DNA from: Lingula anatina
Taxonomy: Eukaryota; Animalia; Brachiopoda
NCBI GenBank assembly: GCA_051362555.1
Contig: CM120646.1
Coordinates: 17,174,001 to 17,238,000 of the forward strand
DNA length: 64,000 bases
Reading direction: 5' to 3'
This document shows, one piece after another, positions 1-15,000 of the stretch; within the stretch, counting starts at the first letter, position 1, and every line of letters starts with the position of its first letter. The translations under genes were made by a program, and so were the position numbers. Below the pieces are notes generated by a model. The model saw only the letters and a program-made list of their open reading frames with translations, was not told the origin of the DNA and did no database searches.

Positions 1-249
1 ATGTAAAAATCACACCATATTTCAAGCATCTCAGTTCCTACAAACTAAAACATCTATATAACATCTATGCTTTTATGTAGCCTCAGGGATGAATGAGAGA
101 TATTTCACCAAATCCTTGCATCTATTTTCCTTAGCTAAAGAGGCCAACAATTATTAAGTTGCCTAGATGTACTCGTATGGTGGTGAAAAATAAAATATGA
201 ATTTCAAAAATAAAAAACCAAAAGAAAAAATCAGCACAATTACTCATAC

Positions 250-262
250 CAGGCTCTAACAT
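250..262 (-). CDS. Candidate alternative first coding exon (MLEP+G, phase 1) of the large minus-strand gene
   Basis: Minus strand reads ATG TTA GAG CCT G|GTATGAG. Same phase as the large coding exon, and a small CpG cluster at 267-301 sits in otherwise CpG-poor DNA. Very short, so chance is possible. Confidence 0.25.
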
Positions 263-2414
263 TAAACGACTAATGCAGCCAGCATATCGCTGCGATCTCC
301 GTGATCCCTAATATTCCTCCTAGATATCAAAGCACATGTGGAACATATACACAGAAGCCATAGTTTACATTCCTGCCTGGATAACCAAATATAACTGTTC
401 TCATCCTTGCTCTATTAATCTCAATAGCCCATCATGCTAGGGGCATGTGCTACAAATAAACATACAATTCCTGTCATTCTTTTGTAAACCTACCCCTCAC
501 ATAAAAGAGAAACATGTAACAATATGCTATACATCACCCTGTTTTTTATATGTTTCAATTGTCTAAAAAAAAAACTTCCGCTTTAGCTTATCACTAATTC
601 TAGTTATCTTATCCTGTATCTTGTAAATCTCCACACAGTCATATACATAGATCACGTATATGGTATCAATCTCTTCCCATATATATATATATATACCAGC
701 CTGTCTGCTTACTACTACAAAGACCCCTCCATTCCAAGAAGACTGTTACTCTGAATCAATGGTTTATATGTACCACACTGTATAGAAGTCTTGCACAACT
801 ACAACTGCCAGCACCGGTTTGTATCTGCACTGCCCTTTTACGTCTATCTCTCAGCTGGTGAAAATACAGACAGTTTGTGCTATGTTCTACCCGGCAATCA
901 GTAATGAAAACACACACTTAGTGTTGTGTCTTATAGCAGGGAAGTGATCCAAGTGCTCCACCTGCATTCAACAACCTCTGATTTTTTCTTCCTGCTGATC
1001 TCTGCTCTCATGGCATTAGTAACAACAAGCACTGCTTTTGATCCTCCCATCAATGGACCAACACCATTTGCAACAGTCGTAATTATTGGTTGTTTTTGCC
1101 TTATGTGAGGACATAAGAAATGTAACCATTGGCTGATATCTCCCATGAGGTTTTTTTGCAGCATTTCTGCTTGCTGCTAGATAGGAACAGATGAAAGCAG
1201 ACAGTAATCATGTTCAAAAAGTCAACTATCTTAAGCACTGCTGACTAACACACATTGGGTTTTCGTCTATTTGAACCTCAGCAAGTACACCTTCCAGGTG
1301 CGGTACTTGTTCAAGCCAATGATTATAATCTCCTTCTTTCCCAATCAATCATGTATGAATGCTACAGTTTTACAACCTCATCAACATGATGTCTAACATA
1401 TTGTTTTTACCTGTTCAGCAATGGAGTCTCGATGCAAAATTTACTGATAAAATGACCTCAAAAACATGCCATACCTAGACGGAAGTGACCCAAAAAATCT
1501 GCCTTGATATGGTCCAGCTAAGTTCTAATAGAAGTGCCAAAACATACAGACATGCAGGTAAATCCAGGTAAAACGGCTGCTGACCTATACACAGACACTC
1601 CAGGCTGCCATATTTTCCAGCTGGTGATGGCCATCATATGCATCATTACTTTTAATACCACTCGTTACGTCTTGTAATCAAATTACTGGCACTTCAAGCT
1701 GAATGTGGCTTTGAAATTTAAACACATGCATATATATACCTTAAATCAGGTGCAGGCAAAACATAACCATGTGCTAAACATTTCACACTGGTAGGGAAAT
1801 AGACGCCACTGACCAAACTGCCATATCCATAACACCGTGAGCCATTTGATGGTCATTTGGCTGGCTGACCAGACTACCTGACCAACTTGAAGTCTAAATC
1901 ACTGAGTACTTGATTGATGTAGCTCTTCTGTCTAAATATACAATACTGTCTTTCAAACTATCTATCCAACTTTCTGTTTGTTTGCCTGCCTGTCTGAATG
2001 TCTATCAACCTTAAAAATTACTGAATGGCATACTACCTGCTAAGCCAGGTAACCAACAAATATCAGATTTTCAATTTTCACGATTAATCTCTACTGAGTT
2101 TTCTCTCATTACTGAACACAAGGATCAGAAAATGCCAACCCTATCCGTTTGCTTCTTCTTCACTCTCTTTCCACTTTGCCATGCCCATTTATCACAAATA
2201 TAGAAATCAATTTGGCTTTCCTTCTCGCTTATTTCCAACTGGAAGTAATAACAAGATTGAAGTAACCATGTAAATGCTGACCTCTCAATGATCCATTAAC
2301 TCTCTCTGCATCAAATCAACAAATTTCACAGAAAACTCCCATGTTTATATAATCAACACACACAAATCAGAGACTGAAGCACTGTAATCACATCTCAACT
2401 CCACTGGCGTATTC

Positions 2415-2505
2415 AGTGTTCTCCAAAAGTTAAAGATCACTCCTACTGCTTTAAATAATCAGTGTTCACCAAATGTTGAAGATCAGGCCCACGGGTTTAA
2501 ATAAA
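2415..2505. repeat. Degenerate ~46-bp tandem duplication
   Basis: tcagtgttctccaaaagttaaagatca...tttaaataa is followed by tcagtgttcaccaaatgttgaagatca...tttaaataa. Confidence 0.6.
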
Positions 2506-3014
2506 TGGTAAAAAATCTTGAAATGTGTTATTACGTGACTTCTCTTATGTCTTCTGTCCAAGACAACCCAGGGGGTTACACACTCAACCAGACAGTGTTA
2601 CCTAATGACTGAGGCATGCAGCATCAGGCAACAGCTGAGCCCTAAAGGAAACCACAGTAAGTAGAAATGATTCAGCTACCACAAGATCAGCAAACAACAT
2701 GGCTATTTGCTTTGAGCTTTGTCACTGCTGTAACACATGTAGTTTTGTATCTCTGGACTAAGGGTCACACCTGACTGCTGGCGACCTAAAGGTAAACTAA
2801 GACCTAACACCAGGACCAGTTTGTTTTCTTTTCTATGACAGATCATGACATTCCACCTAGTGCATCACATATGTCCCGTATTTACATCCATCCCTATAAG
2901 TATTCCTTTGACAACGGTTCAGACAAGACTGCTGTAGGCTGAAAACCAGTCTAACTTGTGACATCAGATGGTCTACCCTAATGGATCATACAGACGTAAA
3001 TCAAGCAAACTTGA

Positions 3015-3016
3015 AA

Positions 3017-3055
<39 letters not shown>
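3015..3055. repeat. (TAAA)n microsatellite
   Basis: Direct reading of the sequence. Confidence 0.95.
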
Positions 3056-4244
3056 CTCTAGCCAAGCATTAAAGGAGCAGCACAGATACCCGTGTCCCCA
3101 CGCTTGCAGCTTTACCATATAAAAATATAGCCTACACATGTATCTGCCAATTTGATCATATGAATAACTACTACAAAATATCCATCGGTCATGTCACCTT
3201 TCTGAACGCTTAATGGACACCACCATGTATGCACTGACCATTTTATCTTTTACATCACGCATGCATTTCAGAGAGAGTATCACTTGACTTCAGATCTACT
3301 AAGCCTTGGCGACAAAAAACTACACCTCTTTGATCAAGAATGTCAAAAACGAGTTCCGAGTTCCACTCAAATTAGGTCTAGCCGGTAAGCTACAGGCAAT
3401 ATTGCTTTTCCATCAGCTAGATATCAAATGTCATGTTCCTTATGAATATGGACATTAGGCCCACCCAAGCACCATGGGGCCAACATTTCCAATCCAACAC
3501 CCACTGCTGTGTATCTCTGTACAAGTGCAGGCAGTCCAGACAACAGATTGATTTATCCTTATTTACAGCAGCTCATAACATCATGTTCATTCTAACAGCA
3601 TTATCTGCACACTATCAAAGAACTTGCATTTCTCCCAAAAAGCAGATGAAAAAAGCACCAACATTCTGGATCAAACTTAACAACTTTACTGGTGTATTAA
3701 GGTGCATATGGTGAGATGCCAATCTACTCCCTATCCTGTCCCACTTGCTTTCTTGTGCTATGGATCTATGAAAAGTGACAAGCCAGACATAAGTGATACC
3801 ACATAAAAAATTTAATCATGTTTGTTGAGATAGTAAAGAGTTAAATGAGGTCGTCATAACTATGTACACTACAAATGCACCTTTACTCTCTCAATCCTAT
3901 CCTAACCACACTGAAAACACACGTGTATGTAAATATATATGTAAATCTAAGGGCTAAATTTAGTTAACCAGTATCCTGGCAAGATATAGGTTCATACCTC
4001 CATGAATCTGCATTAAATATCACCTACCAATAAATATTCCAGACAGATACACAGTGTGAGGTGCATCTTATGCTGACACTCAAGGTCCTACATCTCTCTT
4101 CCTGTACCTTTACTTAAATAAGACAGTGAACAATGTGTATACCTGGGACAGCGCAACTGCTCCTTAATGCAGTGTGCAAAAGACCACCACATAAACCACA
4201 GACATTAGTTGTATACAGAGAAACCAACCTTAGAATTTTACATT

Positions 4245-4730
4245 ATATATCTCAATATAATCTAGACAGCATGTTAGATTTCCATCCGTTCATTTCACCT
4301 CCTTTAGGGAATAGATATATAAAGAAATTACAAGTAAACAGCCTTCTAAGATCAGCAACACACCTACTAACTGCCAGTACTAAGAGGCAGACACAATCTA
4401 CATTAAGCAACCAACATTTTACCGGCAATATCTAGACATCAGCCTGACTATATCTTCACTCCATTCCACGCCCACCAGTAGGAACTGAGAGTTATTCTAT
4501 GAATCAAACAGCACAAATCAGTATTTACTCCAGAGTGTTGTAGGCCCATTCAGACTTCCATTCCTAGTAGTACCATGACATATTTTCCATGGAGCAACCT
4601 GCCCTGGCATTTTACACTCAATATCTCAATATCATCTATATAATCTAGACAGCAGTGTTCATCTTCATTCCATTACTAGTACACGTCCACTTAGTAACTG
4701 GGAGCAGTAACATGAATCAGACAGCATGTA
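4245..4730. repeat. Old degenerate local duplication
   Basis: atatctcaatat...aatctagacagca occurs at ~4247 and ~4621; atcttca(c/t)tccatt...atgaatca(a/g)acagca occurs at ~4452 and ~4661. Confidence 0.5.
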
Positions 4731-5455
4731 TTATGTGTATCCTTCAAAGCTCAGGGCACCAGGCTATAGCAGTTCTATCCAGACTGCCCCTACTTGTGGT
4801 GAGACACATTTAACACAACCAACCACAGCATTTCTGGTCCTGTTCACATCAGGATTAACTTAGACCCACAGAAGTCTTATTGGCATCTACAGATAACCGA
4901 TGACACAGAGACCCATCAAACCTTACACTATTGAACCCATGTTAATAACTCTGGTAATACTATGATGTCATTCAGTCAGTGTATTCCTGTTCTAATTTAA
5001 TCCTGCAGTGAACTCGGCCCCGCTCCTCCTGGGAATACAGACATCTAGTGTACTGGTGAAGTCCCAACCATTCTGTGTACACATATAGATCTATATTTGT
5101 AAGCATTCAACTGCGCTGGCTCACTCCTATCACTCACTGTATGCACGCACATTAATTTGATAAAACCTGGAACCTAGTCTCAATATTAACAGCAAATCCT
5201 TCTAATCCTTTGAGTCATTTAATTTATATGGTACGGTTGTTGTTGGCCCATTTCCACGCTAGCATGTAGCATGTATCAGCTGCCAGAGTTGACTTGATTG
5301 GTCTGAGTGGATGGATTGGTAATCAAAATACAGTTAAACTGAAGATGTGATGAATACTGTTATTCCACCTTCAAGTGCTTCCATATGGTCCCTGTATCAA
5401 TTTAATCATGGGTCAAATAAACATTGGGGTAAAAAAAGGAAATATATTTTGTAGA

Positions 5456-5456
5456 A

Positions 5457-5511
<55 letters not shown>

Positions 5512-5513
5512 AT
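5456..5513. repeat. (TAAA)n microsatellite
   Basis: Direct reading of the sequence. Confidence 0.95.
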
Positions 5514-8500
5514 AGTTCTACCCTCCCCCTTCCTAAAAAAAATTAAATTTTTTTTCTGCTAAGAGATAACTTTTACCTATATTGTACAACTTTGTATTCT
5601 TTTGACTTCCAGTTTTGATTCCTCCTGAAAATTGATTCATTCTGTGCAACCCCAGCTAAAACCTTGTCACTGTACGTGTTCCTCCAGGAGAGAGACAAGT
5701 AGAAGAACACACCCACTGGGGTCAGTACAACAGGAGGGGCAGGAGGGATGTTTAACTGTGAGAAAACACAGGTGCCTTGGTGAGGCCCATTAGTCTTTTA
5801 CCTACATTAAAATAATCTTCTTCCTGGAATTCAGTTTAACTGTTTTTTTTTTTTCAAGTTCTCATAAGCATTCTTGGATATGACCTGCAGCAGATAAGAG
5901 GCAGATGACTTCAAGCATATCAATAGCTCATGACAGAGGTGAAAAAAACCCAATAGTTATCTGCCCATTAATCAAACCCTGGAGGAGAAGCTGCTGCTGA
6001 TTTCTCAACACTTTAATGTGTTGACGCCTCAAATGATTCATGTCTGACAGGATGAGGTACAGGTGTACTCTGCTGGAGATATCAAAGTGTGTGTGTGTGT
6101 GTGTGCGTGTGCGTGTGTGTGTGTGAGAGAGAGAGAGAGTGGAAGGGGGGGAAAGAGAGATTTTCAAAGATAGCTTTTATAAATATACAGGCAAAACTCA
6201 TTTATAAATGAATCAATGAGAACCTCCTTGACAACCTAAAAACACTACCAGCCGTATGTTAGTTGTTGATATATAAACTGGTAGTAAATATGTGATTCAA
6301 TATTATCTAAGAGCCAGTTCATACAATTCTGGGCACATATTTTGATAGCTGCACGTCCATCTTATTTCACAAAAGTGAGACAAACAGTTTCCATAGCAAT
6401 TCTTGTTTGACAAACCAGAATAATCTGGCCTTCGGAAAAAAAAGTGAAGTGAACATTTTGTAAAGTAAGTTCACTCATGACAGAAGGAAGTGCCCAATTA
6501 ATGTTCAGCTCATCTATGCCAACCCACCCAATACTTTAAACTTGGCCTCAGATGAACTTAACCTGTCTACATCAATTTATATTCACTTAACTTGTCTGGG
6601 AGGATCTTTAACCAGTAAAGATTGCACCCCTATACTTGGTAATACATTCTTATGTCAGTAATGGGAAATGTCCTGAGGTTTCAAGCACTTTGATTGGACT
6701 TGGCTCTTCACTGGAGTTGATCATCCTTCACACACTTAAAATGCAATTTATTTCCATTTCTCCTTTTCTTTTTACCCATTTTTGGTTGAAAATAGTTGAC
6801 AGGCAAAAAACAAACCTCACATTAAAACTCATTACTAAGCCCAGCTGAATTTAACAGCTATGTACCTTAAATCTAAAAACTTACACCCTGACTATAGATA
6901 GCTTATGGTCTAACCTCCTACCTCCATCTGAGTTATGTGATTCTGCACAGTGTTTTTTAGTATCTACCTACACATACACTTAAATTACAAAACTGAAAAC
7001 TTAATCCATTGATAGCTCCACTTAGAGAAATCAGTTGATTAGAAGTGGTTAATACATCTACAAACAACCCACATTTACAGTGATAAGACTTGACTAATTG
7101 AAAAACTTAAAAACATGTGCACACACCTAGCGTTTGTTCACACAAAGACCAATTTAGACCAAAATTTGGCCCAAAATTGTGTCATCTGATAGCCTGAGAA
7201 TCAAATGTTTGTATTCGAAATGCATTTAGATTACCTTTCCCTGCATCAGGACATCAAATATTTAAGTTCTTAAAATGTGTCTATCAGATTTATTACTTAG
7301 ATACATTAACAACAGAATAACACCTAAAACTAAAAGGAATCAATATTGAGAAATGCACTAAAAACAGGCTTTGAGCTCATAAACCTAATGGGTCTGGTTC
7401 TAATGATTCAAGCCAGACCTTTCTCAGTCTAATGTCTTCACTGTCTGAATACATATCTATACTTAGGTCACCCAGTCCCTCTCTTAGAAATCTAAAAAAA
7501 AAAACTAAAATAAACTGCACTTGTTCAACCTAAAGGCTGCACATCAAATACCATATCCCTACTTGGTAATTTTAATCCCCAGCACTTAAACACCCTAGAA
7601 ATGTCTGTCTTGCTTCACTTGGCTTCCTCCACAAGACCTGCTGCCAACAACCCTATTTATTGACGTTCCAATATCCCAGACATATGCCTCAGAATTTCTC
7701 CTGGCAAAATGCTACAAAATCCATATCATCTTGCAAATCACAGTCATTGTGAAACTATTTTGCTGCATTCACACAGGGGCTAACTTAGGACTGGATATGG
7801 ACTAAATGAGGTCACTTAAGGTCCAGATGACAAAGGAAACAACATGGTATCTGACTTTTGCAAATTCCATTTTACTCAACCTGGCTGTCTTCTGATATCA
7901 ATTCTGGTATAAGTTAGCTCTAGTATGAGCACAACCTTTAGATCCACTCCTATAAGCTGGCAGTTTCCTGAATACCCAAAACTACTTTAAAACTACAAGG
8001 TTGATTAGGTTCAGAAATCATAAGTAATATTTCTTGTTCTTTTGGTGCATTTTTAACAGTCTAACCTTTATCTGTAAGACCACAATTGACACAAAACAGT
8101 CTTACTCTCATCATGACATTGCACAGTCTCTATGTGACAGTGTACCTAGTACCTTTACCAGGTATCCACCACCCTTTAAAGATCCCATCCTCAAACTGAA
8201 TTCATCATTTGTTCCTGTAAAATCTCAGCTATGTACCTCTACTGGCATCCACTACAGCCTTTTCCTGTCCTGTTTCCCCTGCCTGAATCAGTAACTACCC
8301 ATACAACTCCCTCTTGCTATGCATCAGCTGTGTTTACACTGAAGATGGAACATCCCATCTTTGCTACCAGCCTGTGCTACTATTTCCTAAAAAGCAAACT
8401 GATTAAGCTAAGCTTACCACAGGCACCCAAAGTTATTTTCCTGTCACCAAAATTCTACCTTCATCAGTTGACACCTAGGAAAGACAAAAAAAAAAGTCGC

Positions 8501-8780
8501 CCCATCTCCAACTGAAACAGGATATCCAGGAGCACCCATCCACCCATCATCTGTATGATATTAGAGTCTGTGGTGATAAAGAGAAGCCCCTGTGTTCTGC
8601 TCTGACAACTCATGTTTTTCTAGTTCTTCCCTGCTTTGTTTTATCACCACACAACAACAAGAGCTGCACCATGCCTCCACATGAACAGATAAACACACTG
8701 GCCAACAAGTCCCCTGACTCAATCCTCTGTGTCATATAGACCACCAAATGCCACAAGGCTGACTATGAGCAGAAACAGTC

Positions 8781-8949
8781 CAGGCCCGTAACTAGGGGGG
8801 GTTCGGGGGGTTCGAAAGAACCGCCCCTTTTGCTGGAAAAAGGTCCACTCTGGGTAAAATTTGATCTAGGTACATGAAGTTTTTATGGGAAAAGGTCCAC
8901 TTTTTCAAAAAAATGAACCCCCCTTTTGAAATTGCTGGCTACGGGCCTG
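8781..8949. mobile_element. 169-bp MITE with CAGGCCCGTA terminal inverted repeats and a 5-bp TSD (CAGTC)
   Basis: Left end CAGGCCCGTAAC, right end GCTACGGGCCTG. CAGTC flanks both sides (8776-8780 and 8950-8954). CpG-rich inside a CpG-poor intron. Confidence 0.85.
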
Positions 8950-8987
8950 CAGTCTAAATTTCATCACTAGTTTTCTGTTAAATTAAC

Positions 8988-8989
<2 letters not shown>

Positions 8990-9035
<46 letters not shown>
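8990..9035. repeat. (GA)n microsatellite
   Basis: Direct reading of the sequence. Confidence 0.95.
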
Positions 9036-9037
<2 letters not shown>

Positions 9038-9716
9038 ATGGCTGGATTTAGTGTGTGCACTTAAAAACCACTTGCTATCTTTAATAGCAGCTTATAGGTG
9101 TGGCTCTAAACATTGATGTATCCTGCAACCAATAAACCACCCAGCCTCCTACACACACATTATTCAACCAAATAATCTCATATTATAATACCTATCAATT
9201 TAAACTAATCTATACCCAGCCAGTAATCAATATCATCATCCTCAAATCTATCATAACAACTGATACTGTTATGTCAAAAAATCTGTCACCCATTTAAAGG
9301 TTATATCCATTTCCAGCAGTACCAGATATCCTCAGATGGAAAAAAATCCCATGATAAATATCCTCTTGCATTACATATCTATACAGTCCTAGTATATCTA
9401 TCACTCACGATCCATTAATTGAACAATGCTTTCCCCAAGTCAATGTCCTTTTATCATGGCCCACAACCTTCTTTATAACTCTCCCACTTCCAAGATGTCT
9501 AGCCGCCTCCTTCTCAATGATATAGTGCCTAATCACACGATCTGGTGTTTTTGTCTTATGAGCCTGATAGAAACTATCAATTCTAATGCTGCTTTGAATG
9601 CCAAGTGGACTGTATATAGGTCTGCACTGCCTCACATCCCACTAGTATGATAAATTAGAGAGATATCATATTTAGACATATTAAACATGGCTGAGAGGTG
9701 AGAGGATGGTACTCAC

Positions 9717-9798
9717 CCTGAGTGACATGGGTAAAAATATTTTTTTCATTTTCACGGAGTTTCTGACATCGCAATGACAAGTATTTCTGAAAGATCAT
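9717..9798 (-). CDS. Candidate alternative first coding exon (MIFQKYLSLRCQKLRENEKNIFTHVTQ+G, phase 1) of the large minus-strand gene
   Basis: 82 nt open from ATG to a strong AGG|GTGAGT donor. Phase 1 matches the donor at 20600, and CpGs are locally retained. Confidence 0.4.
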
Positions 9799-11965
9799 GT
9801 AATGACGGTTCTTGTGCCCTGTTTGTGTAATGACAACACGAGTTGGGACCCACTGTAAAAGCCCTATTTCTTTCCCTTCAATGAGCTGGAGAACAGATGT
9901 AACCCCATGTTATCAGGGTGTAGACAGTGACAAGTGAAGTCACAGCCATTGTTTTAATGCCCTGCATATTAAACAGCGAGACATCTCTAACCAGCATTCC
10001 ACCCTGCAGGCATAAAACAGTTAAAATGTCAGAAAACGATCTCAACAATCATAGCTGAAAAGAGATACAATTATCATTTTTTCAAACAGAAAAGCCTTAC
10101 AACTGATAGTAAAATAAGAAAAACAAAATCAGTAATCTTAATCACAGTTCATTTATGAGAGTAGAAAAAAAGGCTGCATGGTAAAATTAGGCCAATCACA
10201 ATTTCCTGGGCAATTTGGTCTGAGTCATCAGATCCATCACGCATCTCTTTTACATTCTATCACCATTTAATGTGGTTATGATGTGTGTCTCTGTTGTCTG
10301 CAGGAGACAGGTGAGAATTCAATATTGATATATAGTATTAGTAATTCTGTCTGGCACCACATGCTGACTACTGTTGTACACCTGAAGTACATATAAAGTC
10401 TAGTATCTACTGCTTTTTCTCCATGCAGATTATTCCTAGTTTTTGTTTTCACTTTGTTAATAAGACACACATGCACACACATGCACGCACACACACACAC
10501 ACACACACGCACGCACACACACACACACACAAAGCCATGCATATAAACCTCCCCATCTCCCAAAACAGGCACAAAACAATGTTTTTTTTTATACCCATAA
10601 TATATATAATTTCATTTCTAGGCTTCCATTCAAAAACAATATTTTACAAAATCATAAGGCCGCATGCTCTGCAAAAGAAAACTTTAAATCATCTGTAGCA
10701 AAAATCATTAAATCACTGGTTTGAACAATGACAAACAATTTTGTTCTGTATTAAGTCAAAACAAAGTCCATGCCATAGAATGCCTCCAGTGCGTCATATG
10801 TACACAGATGATCAACTGTTATACACTTGTGTGAACAACCTTTAGGCTAACGATTATTACATTTTCAAAACTGTCCACATTCTGACAGAAGTGACACTGT
10901 ATCTGCATCTACAGATCAATGAGTGATTAATCTTTCAAATATTGCTCAAGGCAAACGCTGCACTATGCAATAACAGTCTATTCCAATTGTGTAAGCATGA
11001 TCATGATGGTTTTCTTTCAGTATTACCTAAGGGATGATGGGCTAAGTCACATTGACACTAAAAAAAATGTGGAACATCCCAGAAACAATCCATATGGGCT
11101 TTTGTTTTGACCCAAACTTTTAAAAACTTCACTGAGTTCACTAGTGATATTTCCAAACATTAAATACCTTAAAAAGCATTCCTGTCATTTTTTAACATTT
11201 TTGTCCAAGCAGAAATATCACTGTTCATAGAACTAGTAAGGGTTGTTTTAGTTTTCATGAGTAAACCTGCCTTATAGCATGACACATTCAATAGAACATC
11301 AGCCCAGTTTCTAATCCCGGACTACTCTCCCACAACTCGTCTCCATTTTCCATCTCACCTATTTCTGTCAATGATCTGTCTATAGATGGTGTTTAATTGA
11401 TGCTCCAAGGCTGGGTGAGGGTTTTTTTTCTATTTAGTTCAATTACACAGGTTTTTAATAGAAATTACATTTAACACACACTCAGACTGTGATGCACTTC
11501 AGTGCTCACTTGACTGAACATGTGCTAATAAGTTTACAATGCTCCATTAATGTGACACCACATTTCTATAGATACAACAGCACTGTGTGCATGCCATGAT
11601 ATTGCTACAAAACCTGGAATACAGCGTCTCACACTGCTCATTGTTATCTGCCTCACTTACGTAAAGGAACACACGATCCGTCCTTTTACCAAAATGTCAT
11701 GGGACAATTCCTCTCAGATGAAGTCAAAGATGTCATCACACCAAACCAACAAAAATTTCTGAGAAAATCAATTAAGAGACGGAAACAAAGGTAGTGATTG
11801 TATCACCATTATTGTAAGCTCTTTATGTTTTCTCTTTGATGAATTATTACAGAATGTGTGTGAGGAGGTGTGTCCAGACAGGGAAATTAGACCTTGAGCA
11901 ATTTAAGTCTAAAATCAGTGATGAGACCATGTTAGATCCATAGAGGTCCAGACACAGGGTATACC

Positions 11966-12067
<102 letters not shown>

Positions 12068-15000
12068 GGGTAAAAGTAAGTACTAACTTTTAGGCAAGTT
12101 CTTTTTTTTTTTTTAGACTACTCTGACCTAAGTCCATAAGATTTATTTAGGTCAGTCAGTTCATGAGCTGTCCAAGACAAGTAAAGACATGACTGCAGAA
12201 AGTAAAGACATAACTATGTGCATAGAGAAATGGTGTGCCATTCATTGTGCTAGATGTGCCAAGATCACAGCAACACAATCCAGGCACAGCACAATATAGC
12301 ACTTCCAGTAATTCCTCAGCATATCTTCTTTTTTATTCTAGATACATGATCCCTGCTCCCTGAGGTTGTTTTTATAACATTTAGAAAAGTATGTTAGCAT
12401 AAAAAACACAAGTCAAAAGTTGCGATAAAGCAAATCCTGATTAATGCAGTTCACAAATGTTTTACACACACAGATCAAGTTTGGACCAGATATCAACCTT
12501 CAACTGAGAAAAAATGACTCGACCAGATATCCAGATAAGGTGGTTCTGTCTACATCCCAGGGCGGCTGGATAACAATGAACCACCTGAACTTAAAACTAC
12601 AGGAGCCAACGGTCACTTGGTAATGCCAAATGACACGCTGTAGTCTGGTTCAAATTTGTTCAAAGTGTGAACAAACTTTCTGTACTCAATGTCTGCCCTA
12701 CAGTGACCGCTGAGCCATAAGCCCAACAGACATGTATATCAAAAGTGAAAATGTTAGATTGACGCCATGTTGTACACTGTTATCGCCATTCAGATAAATA
12801 ATATACAAATCAAAACAAAAACGGACTTGTTCCATCAATGGATGCTGCTGGTTCATCTAATCACTTTCCCATGGAGGCAAAGTGCATGACCCTGTGGCTG
12901 ATAAAGATATTGTGGAATGATCATACTCATAGAACTCTTCAAAAAGAAACAGAATTTTATTCTCACATATTTTTTTTTAAGTTTCCAAAGTTTTCTGATT
13001 CCAATGATTTTTCTGATTTTTGAAAAAAAAGTTTGGAGTAAAATTTCAATTAACTTTTTCTGTCTATGATCCAATAATCTTACTTTAACTTCTCTTATCA
13101 TCTATTTTAAAGAAAATGACATATATCCAAGTAGCTTTAATGTCCAAATCCTACAGTAAACATATCAAGCCAACAATGCCATCCCCGGCACAAACTCAGT
13201 GAACCTCAATTCCTGACTTGCAAGGCTTTTGTCATCCCATTCATGAAAGACAGGGTTACCTAGGCTGTACAAACATTCCACTGCACAGAGTCTGGAGACC
13301 CACACTAAAATGGACACACAATCTAAGACCATTCTAAGACCAGGTTCAGGAAGTATACAGTCTGAATGCAAAGTTTGGTGTAGGTCATGCCAGAGCACCT
13401 GGTCGGTTGTCACCCAAATTATTATCCCCATTCTCTCATTGTCATCCCCAAATTTTGACTGCCATACTGAAAGGCCATACTATGAAAGATCAACCTATTA
13501 TCAATGAAAACATACCATAAAACAGTTTTAGTCGAGACCCTCTTATTCATGACCTGAGACTCCATGTAAAGACAGGGAAGAGTGGAGAATGGTTTTGTCT
13601 CCATGGCATAGACCCCAACCACTGACCCCAACAATGCATTGAATACAAATATATATACAGTACCTTCCCAGTTAACACAGAGAGGATGGTCTCACATAAA
13701 CCAGGAGCGTGACAATGACTGTCTTGGACAAGATTATCTCAACAGAAAATACCACAAATGCTTACCAAAGCTTTGCTGGGAGTTATATCTAAATGACAAC
13801 TTCTTCGATTCCTTTTTTTTTTTTTGGAATGTATTGCCTTATGCAGAGTTTTGAATTATTTTGCAAAACTTACTGCATTCCACGGAACAAATGTATAGTA
13901 GGTATAGAGTAAATTATCTGAAGCATCTTTTATATATGCTAATACTCCCCAGTTCTACCAAACTACCAGACTAATGTACTGCATGGTATGCACCAAGGGC
14001 TTCACTCATGACAAGACTGTTAATCATCTAACTTAAGTACGGCTGAAAATATTTTCGAAAATTAACAAAATGTTATTTCTTGATTATTCAACACAGCACA
14101 GTTATTTCTAGTTTTCTCATCTGAAAAAGGCTGTTTATTTTGTTTATTCAATCTCTCTCTCTCTCTCTTTTTTAATTTAGGGGTGCACCAAAAAAGAAAG
14201 TAGATACATAAAAAATAAAAAAAAACATGCTTATCCAAGTCAAAGAACATCCACAAATGCCTTTGGTGCAAACAGTCACATACAGAATGCTGTCTAGGCA
14301 TTAAATAAACTGAGAAATGGCGTCACTGAATAAGAACACAAACCTGAAAAGAGAACTAGCATAATAACAAAAGTCAGGATCTCCAGTAAATTAGACACAG
14401 ACTCTAAAGCCCTGACCACATCGTATTGAAGTCTGTCTTGTCGACCTAAGACCACCATAGCAAGTCAACAGTGAAATCAATTTGGTGCTTAGGAAGGACA
14501 CTATACATGAAGACAGGAAATCATTTTTTTTTTTTTTTTTTTTTTTTTTTGGGGGGGGGAGGCTGTCTGTCTGCCTGTCTGTATGTCCACAACCACCCAT
14601 AAATCTTTTACTCCTCTGCTTGTTTTATTTTACATCATTTAATATCTGTTTATCCTTCTTATATTTCACCAGTTTCACAATTCACAATTTTGGGATAGCA
14701 GAAAAAGAAACTTAGCAATGCTAATCAGATCCCATCAAATGTCATCAACAACTTTCAACTATATCCCCCTTACATTAACATCACACCACATCACATCACA
14801 TCACATCACATCACACACACACACACACACACACACACATCCTGGTTATCATTGAGTCTGAGCTTAATCAGAGTACAATACTACCCCAGAGCAGGAAATC
14901 AGTCTCATCAGACTATCTGTAGCTGATACTGGTAACTCTAGCAGTCCTTCACTTGAGAGCCATATTTGAAACCTCACACTTCATGCTCTAGAGGTTTAAA

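Noticed and set aside
931-1164. 77-aa minus-strand ORF as an exon of the large gene
   Set aside because: No convincing acceptor/donor pair and no recognisable motif.
11655-11740. Minus-strand donor AC|GTAAGT at 11661 as another coding first exon
   Set aside because: All three frames hit stops before the donor with no usable ATG; at most a non-coding exon, and unsupported.
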